Source: an uncultured bacterium (GTDB taxonomy: Bacteria > Chloroflexota > UBA5177 > JANWHV01). From it: a stretch of 64,000 bases of DNA. Shown one piece after another: positions 18,423-28,964 of this stretch (position 1 is its first letter; each line of letters opens with the position of its first letter). A model generated the notes under the pieces. That model worked only from the letters and a program-made list of their open reading frames with translations. It searched no databases and was not told the origin of the DNA. The stretch is from NCBI GenBank assembly GCA_963827235.1, contig CAWHAE010000010.1:736001-800000 (forward strand), written 5' to 3'. A program made the position numbers and the translations under genes.

Positions 18423-20024
18423 ATGACTGGTGCCTGGTGGGTCCCCACGAACGTTGCCATGATCTTCGGCGCGGCCATGTCTGTCTGGTTAGCCGTGCTT
18501 GCCTGGCCCCAATCGGTGCCCGGCGGTCGCTGGTTCTCGTTCATGGTGCTTGCCATGGCCGAATGCGAGGGCTTCTGGGCTGCCGAGAATCTCTCGACCG
18601 GCATGTCCACCAAGATCGAGTGGGCCAAGCTGGAGTACTTCGGCATCGCCACCACGCCTCTGCTGGCCTTTCTGTTCATCCGCACGTACTGCGGACGACG
18701 GCAGTCGAGGATCGGGCGCGCGCTCCTGTGGTGCGTACCCAACGTCATCATCGTGCTAGCCCTGACAAACGAGCACCATCGGCTTGTCTGGAGCAGCATC
18801 GTGCCCTCTTCGCACGATCCGGGCGCTCCCCTCGTCTATACTCTGGGAACGGCCGGCCGGTTGCTCGTCCTCTTCAACTACACGCTTCTGGTCTTGACGA
18901 TATTTGCAGTGTTTCAATGGGCGAGGCACGCGCAGCACATGTATCGGCGCCAGGCGCTGGTCGCCATTGCCGGTATCACCATCCCCTTTGCTGGCAGCGC
19001 GCTCTACACGCTGAAATGGGTTCCGGCGCCGTTCGGAGATCTGCTTCCCCTGTCGATCACCGTGTCGGCGGCACTGGTCTATCTGGCGATCTTTCGCTTC
19101 CGTTTCCTGGACCTCATTCCCATCGCCCGCGCCACCCTGGTCGAAAGCATGGTGGACGGGCTGCTCGTCGTCGACTCCCGGCAGCGAGTCGTGGACAGCA
19201 ACCCGGCTGCACAGCGGCTGCTCTCGTCAAACGCCAGGCAGCTCACGGGGGAGAACATGGCAGACCTGTTGGGGCAGGCACCGTGCATCTGCCGCGCCCT
19301 GGACGCCACGCAGTCAGTGACCTTCGAGATGCGCGCTCCTTCGGACGAACGCCTCCACCTGGAAGTGCAGGCGATTCCGCTGCGAGTGCGGCGCTCGGAG
19401 GGCGGCCGCCTCTTTGTGTTCCGGGACATCACGGCAAAGTGGCACGTCGAAGAGGAGCTTCGCGCGCAGCTCCAGCGAAACATGGCGCTCCAGCAAGAGC
19501 TGCGGGAGGAGGCCATCCGCGATTCGCTCACCGGCACGTTCAATCGCCGGCTATTCCAGGAAGCGCTGATACGAGAAGTGGCACGCGCTCAGCGCGAACG
19601 GGTCTCGATGGGGCTCATCGTGATCGACCTCGACAATTTCAAGGCGGTGAACGACCGCCACGGGCACCAGGCAGGCGACCGCGTGCTCCAGGCGGTGTCC
19701 GCGCTCCTGCAGTCTGAAACGCGGTCCGGCGACGTCGTGTGCCGCTACGGCGGCGAGGAATTCGTCGTCGTCATGCCCGGCGCGACTGCCGGCGCCGCCT
19801 GCCGCAGAGCCGAGCAGTGGCGGCGCGACGTGGAGTCGATGTGCGTCGACTACGAGGGTGCGATACTGCACGTCACGTTCTCGGCCGGAGTGTCCGCTTA
19901 TCCGGCATCGGCGAACAATGCCGACGAGGTCTTGAGGGCGGCGGATCATGCGCTCTTCGAGGCGAAGCGAGCCGGGCGTAACAACGTGTGCATGGCCGCC
20001 AGCCAGGAACTGGTGTCCGTGTAG
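18423..20024 (+). CDS. Diguanylate cyclase with HisKA_7TM membrane sensor and PAS domain
   Basis: LALTNEHHRLVW 7TM motif; PAS (DGLLVVD..NPAA); DSLTG, RSGD I-site, GGEEF. Confidence 0.9.
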   Translation: MTGAWWVPTNVAMIFGAAMSVWLAVLAWPQSVPGGRWFSFMVLAMAECEGFWAAENLSTGMSTKIEWAKLEYFGIATTPLLAFLFIRTYCGRRQSRIGRALLWCVPNVIIVLALTNEHHRLVWSSIVPSSHDPGAPLVYTLGTAGRLLVLFNYTLLVLTIFAVFQWARHAQHMYRRQALVAIAGITIPFAGSALYTLKWVPAPFGDLLPLSITVSAALVYLAIFRFRFLDLIPIARATLVESMVDGLLVVDSRQRVVDSNPAAQRLLSSNARQLTGENMADLLGQAPCICRALDATQSVTFEMRAPSDERLHLEVQAIPLRVRRSEGGRLFVFRDITAKWHVEEELRAQLQRNMALQQELREEAIRDSLTGTFNRRLFQEALIREVARAQRERVSMGLIVIDLDNFKAVNDRHGHQAGDRVLQAVSALLQSETRSGDVVCRYGGEEFVVVMPGATAGAACRRAEQWRRDVESMCVDYEGAILHVTFSAGVSAYPASANNADEVLRAADHALFEAKRAGRNNVCMAASQELVSV

Positions 20025-20080
20025 TCCGCGGCAGGCCCGGACATCTCTCCGGCCGGCCTCAGATCATGATAGCCACGGGA

Positions 20081-22348
20081 TCAGCCGTTGCTCGAGCCAG
20101 CGGTAGACTTGTTGGCGAGCTCCTGCAGGTCTGCGCACATCGTCTTGCTCCAACCCACATTGCCGGCGCTGCCGGCGACCGAGAACACATTGCCGCAGTC
20201 GTAGACGCCTGCCACGCCGGTATCGACGGCCACGACGTGGCTCATGCGGACCTTCGACACGTCCGACTGCACCTGGAACACGAAGGTCGCCGAGCGCTGC
20301 ACGAGGAGGTGGTCGAAGGTGATATTGGAGATCATCTCGTTCCCGGTGAACTGTATGGCCTCCTGCGTGCTGTCGTCTATCTCATCATCCGAAACCACAG
20401 TATCGGCGTCGATGTCGTGCGTCTGCGCGTAAAACCAGATGGCGCCGACGCCGTAGCCCCAGTTGGGATCGACCTGCCCCGTGCGAACGAGCAGATTACC
20501 CGATACGTCGATCCGCCCACTCAGCGGCACAACGGCTGAGCCGTAATCGCGGTTGCCGATGTTGATACCCCCTCCCTGGGTCAGCGTGTCGGTGAGATAG
20601 TTGTCAAGCACACTGTTCTGATGTCCGCCATACATGGCGACATTATTGGCGAGATACGGGATCTGCACCGTGTCGTGCCTGAAGACGTCGAACGAGTCGG
20701 GATCGACGTCCGACCACAACGCCAGACCGTCGTCACCGGTATTGCGTACCTGGCACTGCTCGACCGTCACGTTGCTGATCCCGTCGTGCAGATTTATACC
20801 ATCGGCGGTGAGATCGCGCATGCGGTCACCCACCACGAGCAGGTCGCTGAATGGGCCGTCAAACCACATCCCGACCTTGGTGTGCTCGATCCAGACGTTC
20901 TGTATGATCGAGCCGCCGCCGATCGAGCCGCCGAAGCCGTTGACCTGCTGATTATCCATGCGGTCGGCCGTCTCCCCCTCGATCATCAGGTCGTAGACCT
21001 GCACGTGGGTGCTGGCCAGGCGGCTGCCGTCGGCATTCGCCGGGTACGTCTGGTTCGTGTTTGACACATAGTCGCCATAGAGACCCACGCCGGGGCCCTT
21101 GAGCACCGTGTACCACGGACCGGCGCCGCGAAGCGTGACCCGATTGAGCAGGATGTGTCCCGTTACCCTGTAGGTGCCCGCCGGAATGTAGAGTCCCCGC
21201 TGCTGCTTCTCGGCGGCGTCCACGGCGCGCTGCAGAGCCCTGGTAGAGTCGGCTATCCCGGTCTTGTCGGCGCCGAAATCCGTTGCCGACAGATATCCGC
21301 CCGGCATAGCGTAGGGAGCCGGCACCTGCTCGAAATCTGCCATGTCGACGGTGTAGGCAGGCGCGGTGTCGCCGGGATCCACCTGAACACGCACGGTGGT
21401 ACCCGAAGGCAGCAGAGAGGGGAACAGCACGCGCACCTCGTCGTAGAAGTGGTGCCCGCCCAGGCCCTGCGGGTTGTTGGTGAACGGGTAATTGCCGTAC
21501 AGCCAGGTGTACTTCGAGGTGACCACCAGCGGATGTTGCGCATGGCCATCAACGTAGAGGCCGAGCCGGGCGGTAATCCCTTTGCCATCCTTCGAGTCGG
21601 GAACGCTGTAGCGCAGCGTCATGCCGTTGGCAGCCCGGTTGAGCGAGAATTCGACGTACTGTCCGAACCTGTCAAGCGTCACGGCCTTGCGCCCCGAGGC
21701 CTCTGCGGCCAGATCGCCGAATACACGGCTGGGCCCGATCACCGTGCCGTTGCTCTTCGCGTCTTCCGCTTCGTACTCCTGATACGGCACCGTGGCGCCC
21801 CTCGCCGCCAGGGCGCTGCCTCCGGCAATGGAGATGCCGTCCAGGCTAACCGCGGCTTTGCTACCGCGCTCGAACACGTAGGCTACGGTGTTGATGCCGG
21901 TCCGCAGGGCGACTGCAACGACCACCGTGGACCAGTGCGATGATGAGCCGGTCGGTGTCAAGACGATCTCGGTCGACCGCAGTCCGTTCGCGTAGATCGC
22001 AAGCGGCTTCGAGGCGACCGCGCCGTTGGCGTACCGCAGGGAGACCGCGTAGACGCCGTCGCGGGGAGCGCCGACGACGAAAACGGCCTCGGCGCCTGCA
22101 GTGGTGAAGCCAGTGAGATAGCCAGTGTCCGCATTGCCCGGCCCGGCGGATCGGCTCACCGCGCCGCTAGCCCAGGCATCCGCGGCCCGGTAGGTCACCG
22201 CTGGGACGGCAATGGCGGTAGGCCGAGCGACCGGTGCAGTCGCCCTATCGGATGCGATGGCGGGAACGGCGCGACAACCGCCCGAGAGCAGCATGGCTAC
22301 GAACGCCAGTCGAGCCACGGCGCGGCGCGTTGAACCTGTGTCCGGCAT
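20081..22348 (-). CDS. Secreted GH87 alpha-1,3-glucanase/mycodextranase with CBM6/35-like domain
   Basis: RGATVPYQEYEAE, EASGRKAV, WLYGNYPFTNNP..HHFYDE, ADGINLH, RNTGDDGLALW; RYANG-containing CBM; signal peptide. Confidence 0.82.
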   Translation of the reverse strand: MPDTGSTRRAVARLAFVAMLLSGGCRAVPAIASDRATAPVARPTAIAVPAVTYRAADAWASGAVSRSAGPGNADTGYLTGFTTAGAEAVFVVGAPRDGVYAVSLRYANGAVASKPLAIYANGLRSTEIVLTPTGSSSHWSTVVVAVALRTGINTVAYVFERGSKAAVSLDGISIAGGSALAARGATVPYQEYEAEDAKSNGTVIGPSRVFGDLAAEASGRKAVTLDRFGQYVEFSLNRAANGMTLRYSVPDSKDGKGITARLGLYVDGHAQHPLVVTSKYTWLYGNYPFTNNPQGLGGHHFYDEVRVLFPSLLPSGTTVRVQVDPGDTAPAYTVDMADFEQVPAPYAMPGGYLSATDFGADKTGIADSTRALQRAVDAAEKQQRGLYIPAGTYRVTGHILLNRVTLRGAGPWYTVLKGPGVGLYGDYVSNTNQTYPANADGSRLASTHVQVYDLMIEGETADRMDNQQVNGFGGSIGGGSIIQNVWIEHTKVGMWFDGPFSDLLVVGDRMRDLTADGINLHDGISNVTVEQCQVRNTGDDGLALWSDVDPDSFDVFRHDTVQIPYLANNVAMYGGHQNSVLDNYLTDTLTQGGGINIGNRDYGSAVVPLSGRIDVSGNLLVRTGQVDPNWGYGVGAIWFYAQTHDIDADTVVSDDEIDDSTQEAIQFTGNEMISNITFDHLLVQRSATFVFQVQSDVSKVRMSHVVAVDTGVAGVYDCGNVFSVAGSAGNVGWSKTMCADLQELANKSTAGSSNG

Positions 22349-22521
22349 ACCGGCAACTCCTTCCCAACTGACAGCGGGAATCCGTCGCCGGGGAGCGGCC
22401 CGGGCGACACTTCTGCATCGAATGCCGCGTCCCGCCTGCATCTCCTGCCATGATCCGCGCCGGACTGGAATCGATTCCCGCTCACATCACTGCGCGGGCG
22501 GAGCAAGCAGCGTACCCTGGG

Positions 22522-23508
22522 TCAGCCGGTCAAGCCGGTAAGAGAGATGCCGCGAATGATCTGTCGCTGAAAGACGACGAACAAGATGATTGGCGGTACG
22601 CTCATCATGCCGAAGGCGGCGAACAGGACGTTGACCGGTGTGCCAAGACCCGCACTGTGCCACTGGTAGTACAGGTAGACCATCAGATTCTGGTGGTCCA
22701 GGTCGCCCGAGGTGACCACGTACGGCCACAGGAAGTCCTTCCAGGTCGCCATCATGGTCAGGATGCTGATCACGGCCAGCACGGCCTTGGACATGGGCAG
22801 GGTAATGCGCACCAGCAGATCCAGCGCGTTGGCACCGTCGATCCTGGCTGCCGCGATCAGCTCGTCTGGAATATCGTCGAAGAAACTCTTCAGCAGAAAC
22901 AGATTGAACGCGCTCACGGCTTCCGGCAGCAGTATGCCAAGGTACGTCAAGTTGCCGGAACCGATGTTCCAGTGCACCAGCGGGAGAGCGGAGATATTGA
23001 CGTACTGCGGTATCAGGTAGCAGACCGGTGGAACCAGGAGCGTGACCAGGAAGAAGCCCAGGATAATCGTGCCGAAGGCCGGCTTGAGCTTCGAGAGAGA
23101 GAAGGCCGCCGTCACCGATACGAGTACCTGAAACACCAGCGACCCGGCCACCAGAATCAGTGTGTGATTCAGGTATGCTCCCAGGTCAAGGAGGTCCCAG
23201 GTGTTGCCGAAGTTGCCCCAGTCCGGGTTATGTGGAAACCAGGTAGGCGGCAAGCCGCCGATCTCTTGAGAGGTCTTGAAGCCATCGCTGAACAGCCAGT
23301 AGAGCGGGACGAACGTCGTGAGCGACAGGAGCAGCAGGGCGGCAAACACGACCCAGTATCCCAGCCGCACGGACGGACGACGGTAGTCGAGTGAGGACAG
23401 GATACCCCGCTCGTCGGACGTCGACCAGCGGCGAGACCGGCCCGGCCGGTTTATGGGCCGCATCCCGGCTTGCCGCCCAGGCGAGGACGGTGTCGACGTT
23501 CCGAGCAT
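22522..23508 (-). CDS. Carbohydrate ABC permease (MalG-like)
   Basis: FFDDIPDELIAAARIDGA; WKDFLWP. Confidence 0.92.
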   Translation of the reverse strand: MLGTSTPSSPGRQAGMRPINRPGRSRRWSTSDERGILSSLDYRRPSVRLGYWVVFAALLLLSLTTFVPLYWLFSDGFKTSQEIGGLPPTWFPHNPDWGNFGNTWDLLDLGAYLNHTLILVAGSLVFQVLVSVTAAFSLSKLKPAFGTIILGFFLVTLLVPPVCYLIPQYVNISALPLVHWNIGSGNLTYLGILLPEAVSAFNLFLLKSFFDDIPDELIAAARIDGANALDLLVRITLPMSKAVLAVISILTMMATWKDFLWPYVVTSGDLDHQNLMVYLYYQWHSAGLGTPVNVLFAAFGMMSVPPIILFVVFQRQIIRGISLTGLTG

Positions 23509-23526
23509 CTAAGCATCACTCCTACG

Positions 23527-24480
23527 CTAGCGCGCGAAACGCCGCGTGATCAGGTAGTACAGAACAGAGAAGAAGGCCAAGACAAAGAAGAGCAGCACGC
23601 CGAGCGCGCTTGCCTCGCCCCACGCACCATAGGTGAATGCCATCTGGTAGAGCGCGATCATGACGGTCGTGGTCGCCTGATTGGGTCCGCCCTGGTTGAA
23701 CGCCCAGGGCTCGGTGAAGATCTGCATCGTAGCGATGATCTGAAGCACGAGCATGATCAGCATGACCACGCGAAGCTGCGGCACCGTGATGTGGAAGAGC
23801 CGACCCCAGATTGACGCTCCGTCGATCTCGGCAGCCTCGTAGAGATGGGCCGGGATGCCTTGCAGCGCGGCGAGATAGATCAGCATGGTCCCACCGGCAT
23901 TTGCCCAGGTTGTGACGAGCACCAATGACCACATAGCCTGGTGCGGATCACTGATCCAGCCTTGCGGACCGATGTTCACCCATCCCAGCAGCTCGTTGAA
24001 GAAACCGGAAGGATCGGGATCGTAGAACCAGTTCCAGAGGAACACGCCGACCAGGGGCGGGAGCACCACGGGCAGGTAGAACGCGGCACGAAAGAACGAG
24101 CGCCAGTGGCGGATCTCGTTGAGCGCCAGCGCCAGCGTGACGGGCACGATGTATCCCATCAGCAGCGCGTAGACGGTGTACTTCACGGTGTTCCACCACA
24201 CGGTCCCCATGGGGAACAACGGGTCGTTGAACAGCTTGCGAAAGTTGTCCAGGCCGACGAAGGGCGTCGGGGCGCCCGGCGCAAGCACCTTCACGCTTTC
24301 GACGCTGAGAAAGAATCCCTTGATAATCGGATACCAGGCGAAGACCGCGTAGATCACAATCGCCGGAAGCAAGAAGAGATAGGCCGTCGTGTTGCGTGCC
24401 ACGCCTCGCCTCAACCGCGCGCCCAGGCTCATTCGAGGCGCCAGGCTGACGCGCGAGGAGGATTCGGCGGCCGGCAGCAT
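23527..24480 (-). CDS. Carbohydrate ABC permease (MalF-like)
   Basis: LQGIPAHLYEAAEIDGA; GGPNQAT. Confidence 0.92.
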   Translation of the reverse strand: MLPAAESSSRVSLAPRMSLGARLRRGVARNTTAYLFLLPAIVIYAVFAWYPIIKGFFLSVESVKVLAPGAPTPFVGLDNFRKLFNDPLFPMGTVWWNTVKYTVYALLMGYIVPVTLALALNEIRHWRSFFRAAFYLPVVLPPLVGVFLWNWFYDPDPSGFFNELLGWVNIGPQGWISDPHQAMWSLVLVTTWANAGGTMLIYLAALQGIPAHLYEAAEIDGASIWGRLFHITVPQLRVVMLIMLVLQIIATMQIFTEPWAFNQGGPNQATTTVMIALYQMAFTYGAWGEASALGVLLFFVLAFFSVLYYLITRRFAR

Positions 24481-24529
24481 GCTTGACTTCCTATCTCTTC
24501 CTGGTGACGGCGTCGCGGCAGAGCGGAGC

Positions 24530-25930
24530 TTACGACTGGTCGGCGTCGAGTATCGCCTGGAACTTCTTGTTCGCGTCGTCGAGCAGGGACTGCGGGCTCG
24601 ACGAGCGGTCCGTCAGCACGGCCTGCACGCAGGTGTCCAGCAGCGCGTACATCTTCTGCGCCTCGACGCGCGGCTCGGGTGTCAGGGTCTGGGTGCTGCA
24701 GGCCTGCACGAAGTACTTATAGTTAGCGATCGGCGCGTTTCTGTACTTGGCGTCGATCGCGTCGATAGCCTTCTTCAGTGCCCCGCCGACCACGATGTTC
24801 GCCGGAATGCCGACCACGCCGCCGCCGGCAATCTGCGACTTGTCGTGCGCGGCCCACGAGGTGAGATCCCAGTAGCGGAAGTTCGTGAAATCGAGTGCCG
24901 CGCTGGTGACGGCATCCGACGAGCCAGGCTTGACCAGCTGAACGTCACCGCCCATGAGCGTGGCGTTGCCGCCGCCCTGAGGAAGCCCTGCCAGCACGAA
25001 GTCGTTGATATCGGCCTGGAACTGCGTCTTGAAGAACCTGGGTTGGTCGCCGGCCAGGATGCCCATGCCGATCGAGCCGTTAGCCAGAGCGGCCGTATTG
25101 TCGTTGTAGCCCATCTCGCGCGGACCGATCGACTTGTCTATCCAGCGCATGTCGTGAAGTAGCTGCAGCGGCTTCACGCAGTTGGGCGAGTTGACGTTGG
25201 CCACCGGCTTGCCGTTCTGTTCGGTCTCGGGCTGGCCGCCGAAGCTGTACATCATAGCGGTCAGATGCCAGCCACCCGTGTTGGCCAGGCTCAGCGGCGC
25301 GAATCCGTAGCGGCCGACGCCGACCTTGGCCAAGACCTTGGCGTAGGCCCGGAACTGATCCCACGTGGCCGGCGGTGAATCAGGATCGAGTCCTACGCCC
25401 TTGAACATGCTCCTTCTGTAGGCCATGCCGAGCGCGTAGGCGTCGACGGGAAAGCCGTAGATCTTCCCGGACGCGTCGCTGATCGTCTTCAGCACGCTGG
25501 GCGCGATGCTGGAGTACCAGGACCACTTCTTCATGTACGACGAAATGTCCTTGGCATAGCCGACCTGGATGAGGTGTTGCACGTCGGTGAAGTACACCTT
25601 GTAGGTGTCCTCGACGTTGCCTACCGCATAGTGCGCGTAGAACGTGGTCGGAGCGAAGGAATCGACCTTGCCGACCACCGTGATGTTGGGGTGCGCCTTC
25701 TCGAAGCGCGCCACGGTGTCGTTGTAGGAGGCGAGGTTCACCTTGTCGGACGACGCGGGCTCGTCGTTGAGCGTGAACGAGATCTGAGCGTCGGCTGCCG
25801 GAGCGGCGAGCGCGGTGGTCGAAGAACGGATGAGGTCGGCGCCGCAGGCAGCCGCGACGCCGGCCGCGGCGGACCTGGCGACGAACGATCGGCGCGAGAT
25901 CGCCTTCTTGGATAGACACTTGTCGGTCAT
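24530..25930 (-). CDS. Carbohydrate ABC solute-binding protein, Tat signal
   Basis: ISRRSFV twin-Arg; PPATWDQF; start ATG 25930 after GAGGGGG. Confidence 0.9.
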   Translation of the reverse strand: MTDKCLSKKAISRRSFVARSAAAGVAAACGADLIRSSTTALAAPAADAQISFTLNDEPASSDKVNLASYNDTVARFEKAHPNITVVGKVDSFAPTTFYAHYAVGNVEDTYKVYFTDVQHLIQVGYAKDISSYMKKWSWYSSIAPSVLKTISDASGKIYGFPVDAYALGMAYRRSMFKGVGLDPDSPPATWDQFRAYAKVLAKVGVGRYGFAPLSLANTGGWHLTAMMYSFGGQPETEQNGKPVANVNSPNCVKPLQLLHDMRWIDKSIGPREMGYNDNTAALANGSIGMGILAGDQPRFFKTQFQADINDFVLAGLPQGGGNATLMGGDVQLVKPGSSDAVTSAALDFTNFRYWDLTSWAAHDKSQIAGGGVVGIPANIVVGGALKKAIDAIDAKYRNAPIANYKYFVQACSTQTLTPEPRVEAQKMYALLDTCVQAVLTDRSSSPQSLLDDANKKFQAILDADQS

Positions 25931-26065
25931 TGTGGCCCCCTCTTCGGAACCTTCTGCTATCCCACCGCCCTCTTCGGGGGGCGGCTCAGCTCGCAACAAT
26001 ACGATGTGCCCCGTGGCCAAGCTGTTGTTACGGTACAACCCCGGATAAGGACTCCCTTCACCTTA

Positions 26066-26111
26066 TTGAAACGTTCCAAAGTATGCTACACTAACACCAG
26101 TCCTTCGTCAA
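26066..26111 (-). promoter_or_regulatory. Promoter TTGACG-N17-TAGCAT with operator TTGGAACGTTTCAA
   Basis: -35 at 26106-26111, -10 at 26083-26088, palindrome at 26066-26079; 23/27 identical to 8474-8500. Confidence 0.8.
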
Positions 26112-26601
26112 GGGGTGGTGGCAACTACGTCCGCGGGATCATGCTTGGCACGATATTGGGGCACAAGGTGATTGAGGAAGGGCCGCATGTATCCGCTTGG
26201 GCACACGCGGACGAACGCAATTCATCTTTCGCGACACCGCTCGTGTACAAACCGCGCTTTAGCGCACGTGTTTCGGCCTGCGATGCTACAGCCGGTCGAT
26301 GGAGGAGATTGTCCACGCTCTCGATCGTTCCGGCCGGCCCGCGGAGACGGCGCCGGTCGCTGGAGCCGGAGTCGCGCCGGTGGGGTCGCGGGTAGCTACC
26401 CGCGCGCAACGCCATATTCGTTCTGATATCGTGGAGTTTGGCAACCTGCAGCTATCACCCGGCTGCCAGGCAGGTATGCCAGGGAGCGCAGTCTGATAGC
26501 TTAGTAAGCGCGGATCACGTCGACGTCCCTCTGCCTGCCGCGGGCATGCATACCGTGGCCGGGGCTGATCGCCGAGAGAGGAGTGCGGCAAACCACAGAT
26601 T

Positions 26602-27762
26602 ATGTCTAGCCTGCGAATGGTTGCCGAGAAGGCGGGAGTGCCGCTGCTCACTGCATACAATGCCCTGAGCAACGCGCAAGAAGTCGAGCAGTCCGTGGTC
26701 GAGCGCGTGCGCGCGGTCGCCACGGAGCAGGGCTACATGCTGCGCATCACAATCCGAGACGTTGCCGCGCTGGCCGGAGTCTCGGTCTCCACGGTGTCCT
26801 ACGTGCTGAACGACAGCCCGTTGATCAACGTGCGAACTCGACGCAAGGTCAAGACTGCCATCCAGGCGCTCGGCTACCGGCCGAATAGCACCGCGCGTAA
26901 CCTCAAGGCCAGCGAGACACGCCTGATCGGCTATGCCTGGCACAAGGTACACGACGTCGTGCAGCGCAACCCTATTCTCGACCGCTTCCTCTACGAGATG
27001 GCCCAGGCTGCCGAGACCAGAGGCTACCACGTGCTTACTTTCGCCCAGTCCGGACCCCACGAGGAGCACAGCTACACCGAGCTCATTCGTACCAGCCGGG
27101 TCGATGCCTTCGTGCTTTCCGATACGACGTACGACGATCGACGCATCGCCAGGCTTCAGGAGCTGGAGATCCCGTTCGCGTGTTTCGGCCGAGCCAATCC
27201 CGATGCGGACTTTCCCTACGCGGACGACGACGGCCATCGCGGCGTTGGACTGCTGGTCGAGCATCTGCTCGCTCAAGGGCACAAGGACATCGCGATGCTC
27301 GGCTGGCCGGAAGGTATCGTGGTCAGCGACATCCGTGTGCGCGGCTACCTGGACGCCCTGGCGAATGCCGGCATCGATCCGCGCCCGGATCTGCTGGTAC
27401 ACACCATCAACGACGTGTCGCACGCGGCGCTCGCCGCCGAACAGGTGCTCTCGCGCTCACCGCAGCCCACCGCGGTGATCTGCGCTTCGGACATCATTGC
27501 CATCGGCCTGCGCACCTATCTCGAGCATGCCGGCCTGAGGATCGGCACCGACGTGGCCGTGGCCAGCTACGACGACACGCCGGTAGCCGAGGCGCTGCAC
27601 CTGACCTCCGCCCACCAGCGCATCGACGTGATAGCGGATACGGTGATCAGCCTCGTAGTCGGGAGGCTGCGCGGCACACCACCGGCTGAGCAGCACGTAC
27701 TGGTAGCGCCGTCGCTGGTGGTTCGCGCGAGCAGCAGCAGAATCGGCGCACTTTCCGCCTGA
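26602..27762 (+). CDS. LacI-family regulator with two tandem N-terminal HTH domains
   Basis: SLRMVAEKAGVPLLTAYNAL..GY then TIRDVAALAGVSVSTVSYVLN..GYRPN; sugar-binding domain. Confidence 0.9.
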   Translation: MSSLRMVAEKAGVPLLTAYNALSNAQEVEQSVVERVRAVATEQGYMLRITIRDVAALAGVSVSTVSYVLNDSPLINVRTRRKVKTAIQALGYRPNSTARNLKASETRLIGYAWHKVHDVVQRNPILDRFLYEMAQAAETRGYHVLTFAQSGPHEEHSYTELIRTSRVDAFVLSDTTYDDRRIARLQELEIPFACFGRANPDADFPYADDDGHRGVGLLVEHLLAQGHKDIAMLGWPEGIVVSDIRVRGYLDALANAGIDPRPDLLVHTINDVSHAALAAEQVLSRSPQPTAVICASDIIAIGLRTYLEHAGLRIGTDVAVASYDDTPVAEALHLTSAHQRIDVIADTVISLVVGRLRGTPPAEQHVLVAPSLVVRASSSRIGALSA

Positions 27763-28005
27763 ACATGTCATCGCGCAAACGGAACGGGTCAGGGTGGTGC
27801 CTGGTGGCGTCCGGGCGGGATTCGCCGGCCCGTCGTCCGGCGCGGGCGGCTTGCGGCTTGCCGCACCCACCGCGGGCCGGTTCTATCGTTCTGCCGGAAA
27901 GGTGGGATGTTGGTGGCGGCTTCAACGCCTCGGTAGTATGCTAGGGGAGTCGAGGTCCGCCGCCCTGGGCGCGCCACGACCGGGCGGGATTGGAGGAGAT
28001 TCAGC

Positions 28006-28957
28006 ATGGCCGACGATGCAGGCACTCAGGCTTCGGACCAACAGGCACTTCCCTGGCTCGACGCCGGCACGTGCGAGCTGATGTACGGCGCCCAGCCGGC
28101 TCCAGTAGCGATTCTGGGATGGCGAGGGGAGACTGGCCTACGCCAACGCCGCCGCGCTGGCGCTGCTCGGGCTGCAGCTCGACCAGGCACGGGGACGCCA
28201 CGCCAGCGATGTGCTCGGGTCGCTCGCCCGGTCCGACGCCGAGGGCGCGTACCACCACGGGTCGCGAGCAGACTTCGTCGAGGGACAGCCGCTTGTCGCC
28301 GGCGGAGCAACGGGCCATCGCTTCACTGTGCTGGGCGCGCGCCTGGGCCGGGCAGGAGACGGCACCTCATGGTGGATCACGAACCTGTACGAAGGAGGCT
28401 TCGCCGCGGCGGTCGCGGCCGGTTCCGGTAGTCCGACGCATCCCGCGCTGCATGACGAGCTAACGGGTCTGCCGAACCGGATCCTCTTTCTCGATCGCCT
28501 GGAGCACGTGCTGCGTGCCGCACAGCGGGACGATTCCGCGTCGGCACTCTGTCTGCTTCAGCTCGCGCACCTGGCCGACGTGAAGGCCGCGGCAGGGGAA
28601 GCTTCAAGTCGCCGCATGCTGCAGGCTGCCGCGTCGACGATTGCCGGCACGCTCCGCAACGTCGACACGGTCTCGCGTTTCGCGGAGGAGCGCTTTGCCG
28701 TGCTTTTGCCTGCCACCAGCGAGATCGGTGCGGTCAGCGCCATCATGAGGATGCGCGAGGTGCTCCAGGAACCGCTCGAGATCGACGGTCACGCCACCGA
28801 TCTCTCCGTGCGCGCCGGCGTCGCGCTTTCCCCCGTTCATGCCAGCGACGCCTCCTCCCTGATCGCCTTCGCGGCAGCAGCTCTTCGCGCGGCGGTGCGC
28901 GACGGGAACTGGTGCCAGCTGTACGACGCCGGCCTGGAGGTGCATGCGCAAGTCTGA
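28006..28957 (+). CDS. PAS + degenerate GGDEF protein, frameshifted near 28130
   Basis: PVAILGWRGE continues as LAYANAAALALLG in the next frame; HDELTGLPNR; GGDEF replaced by AEERF. Confidence 0.7.
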
Positions 28958-28964
28958 GAGGACC

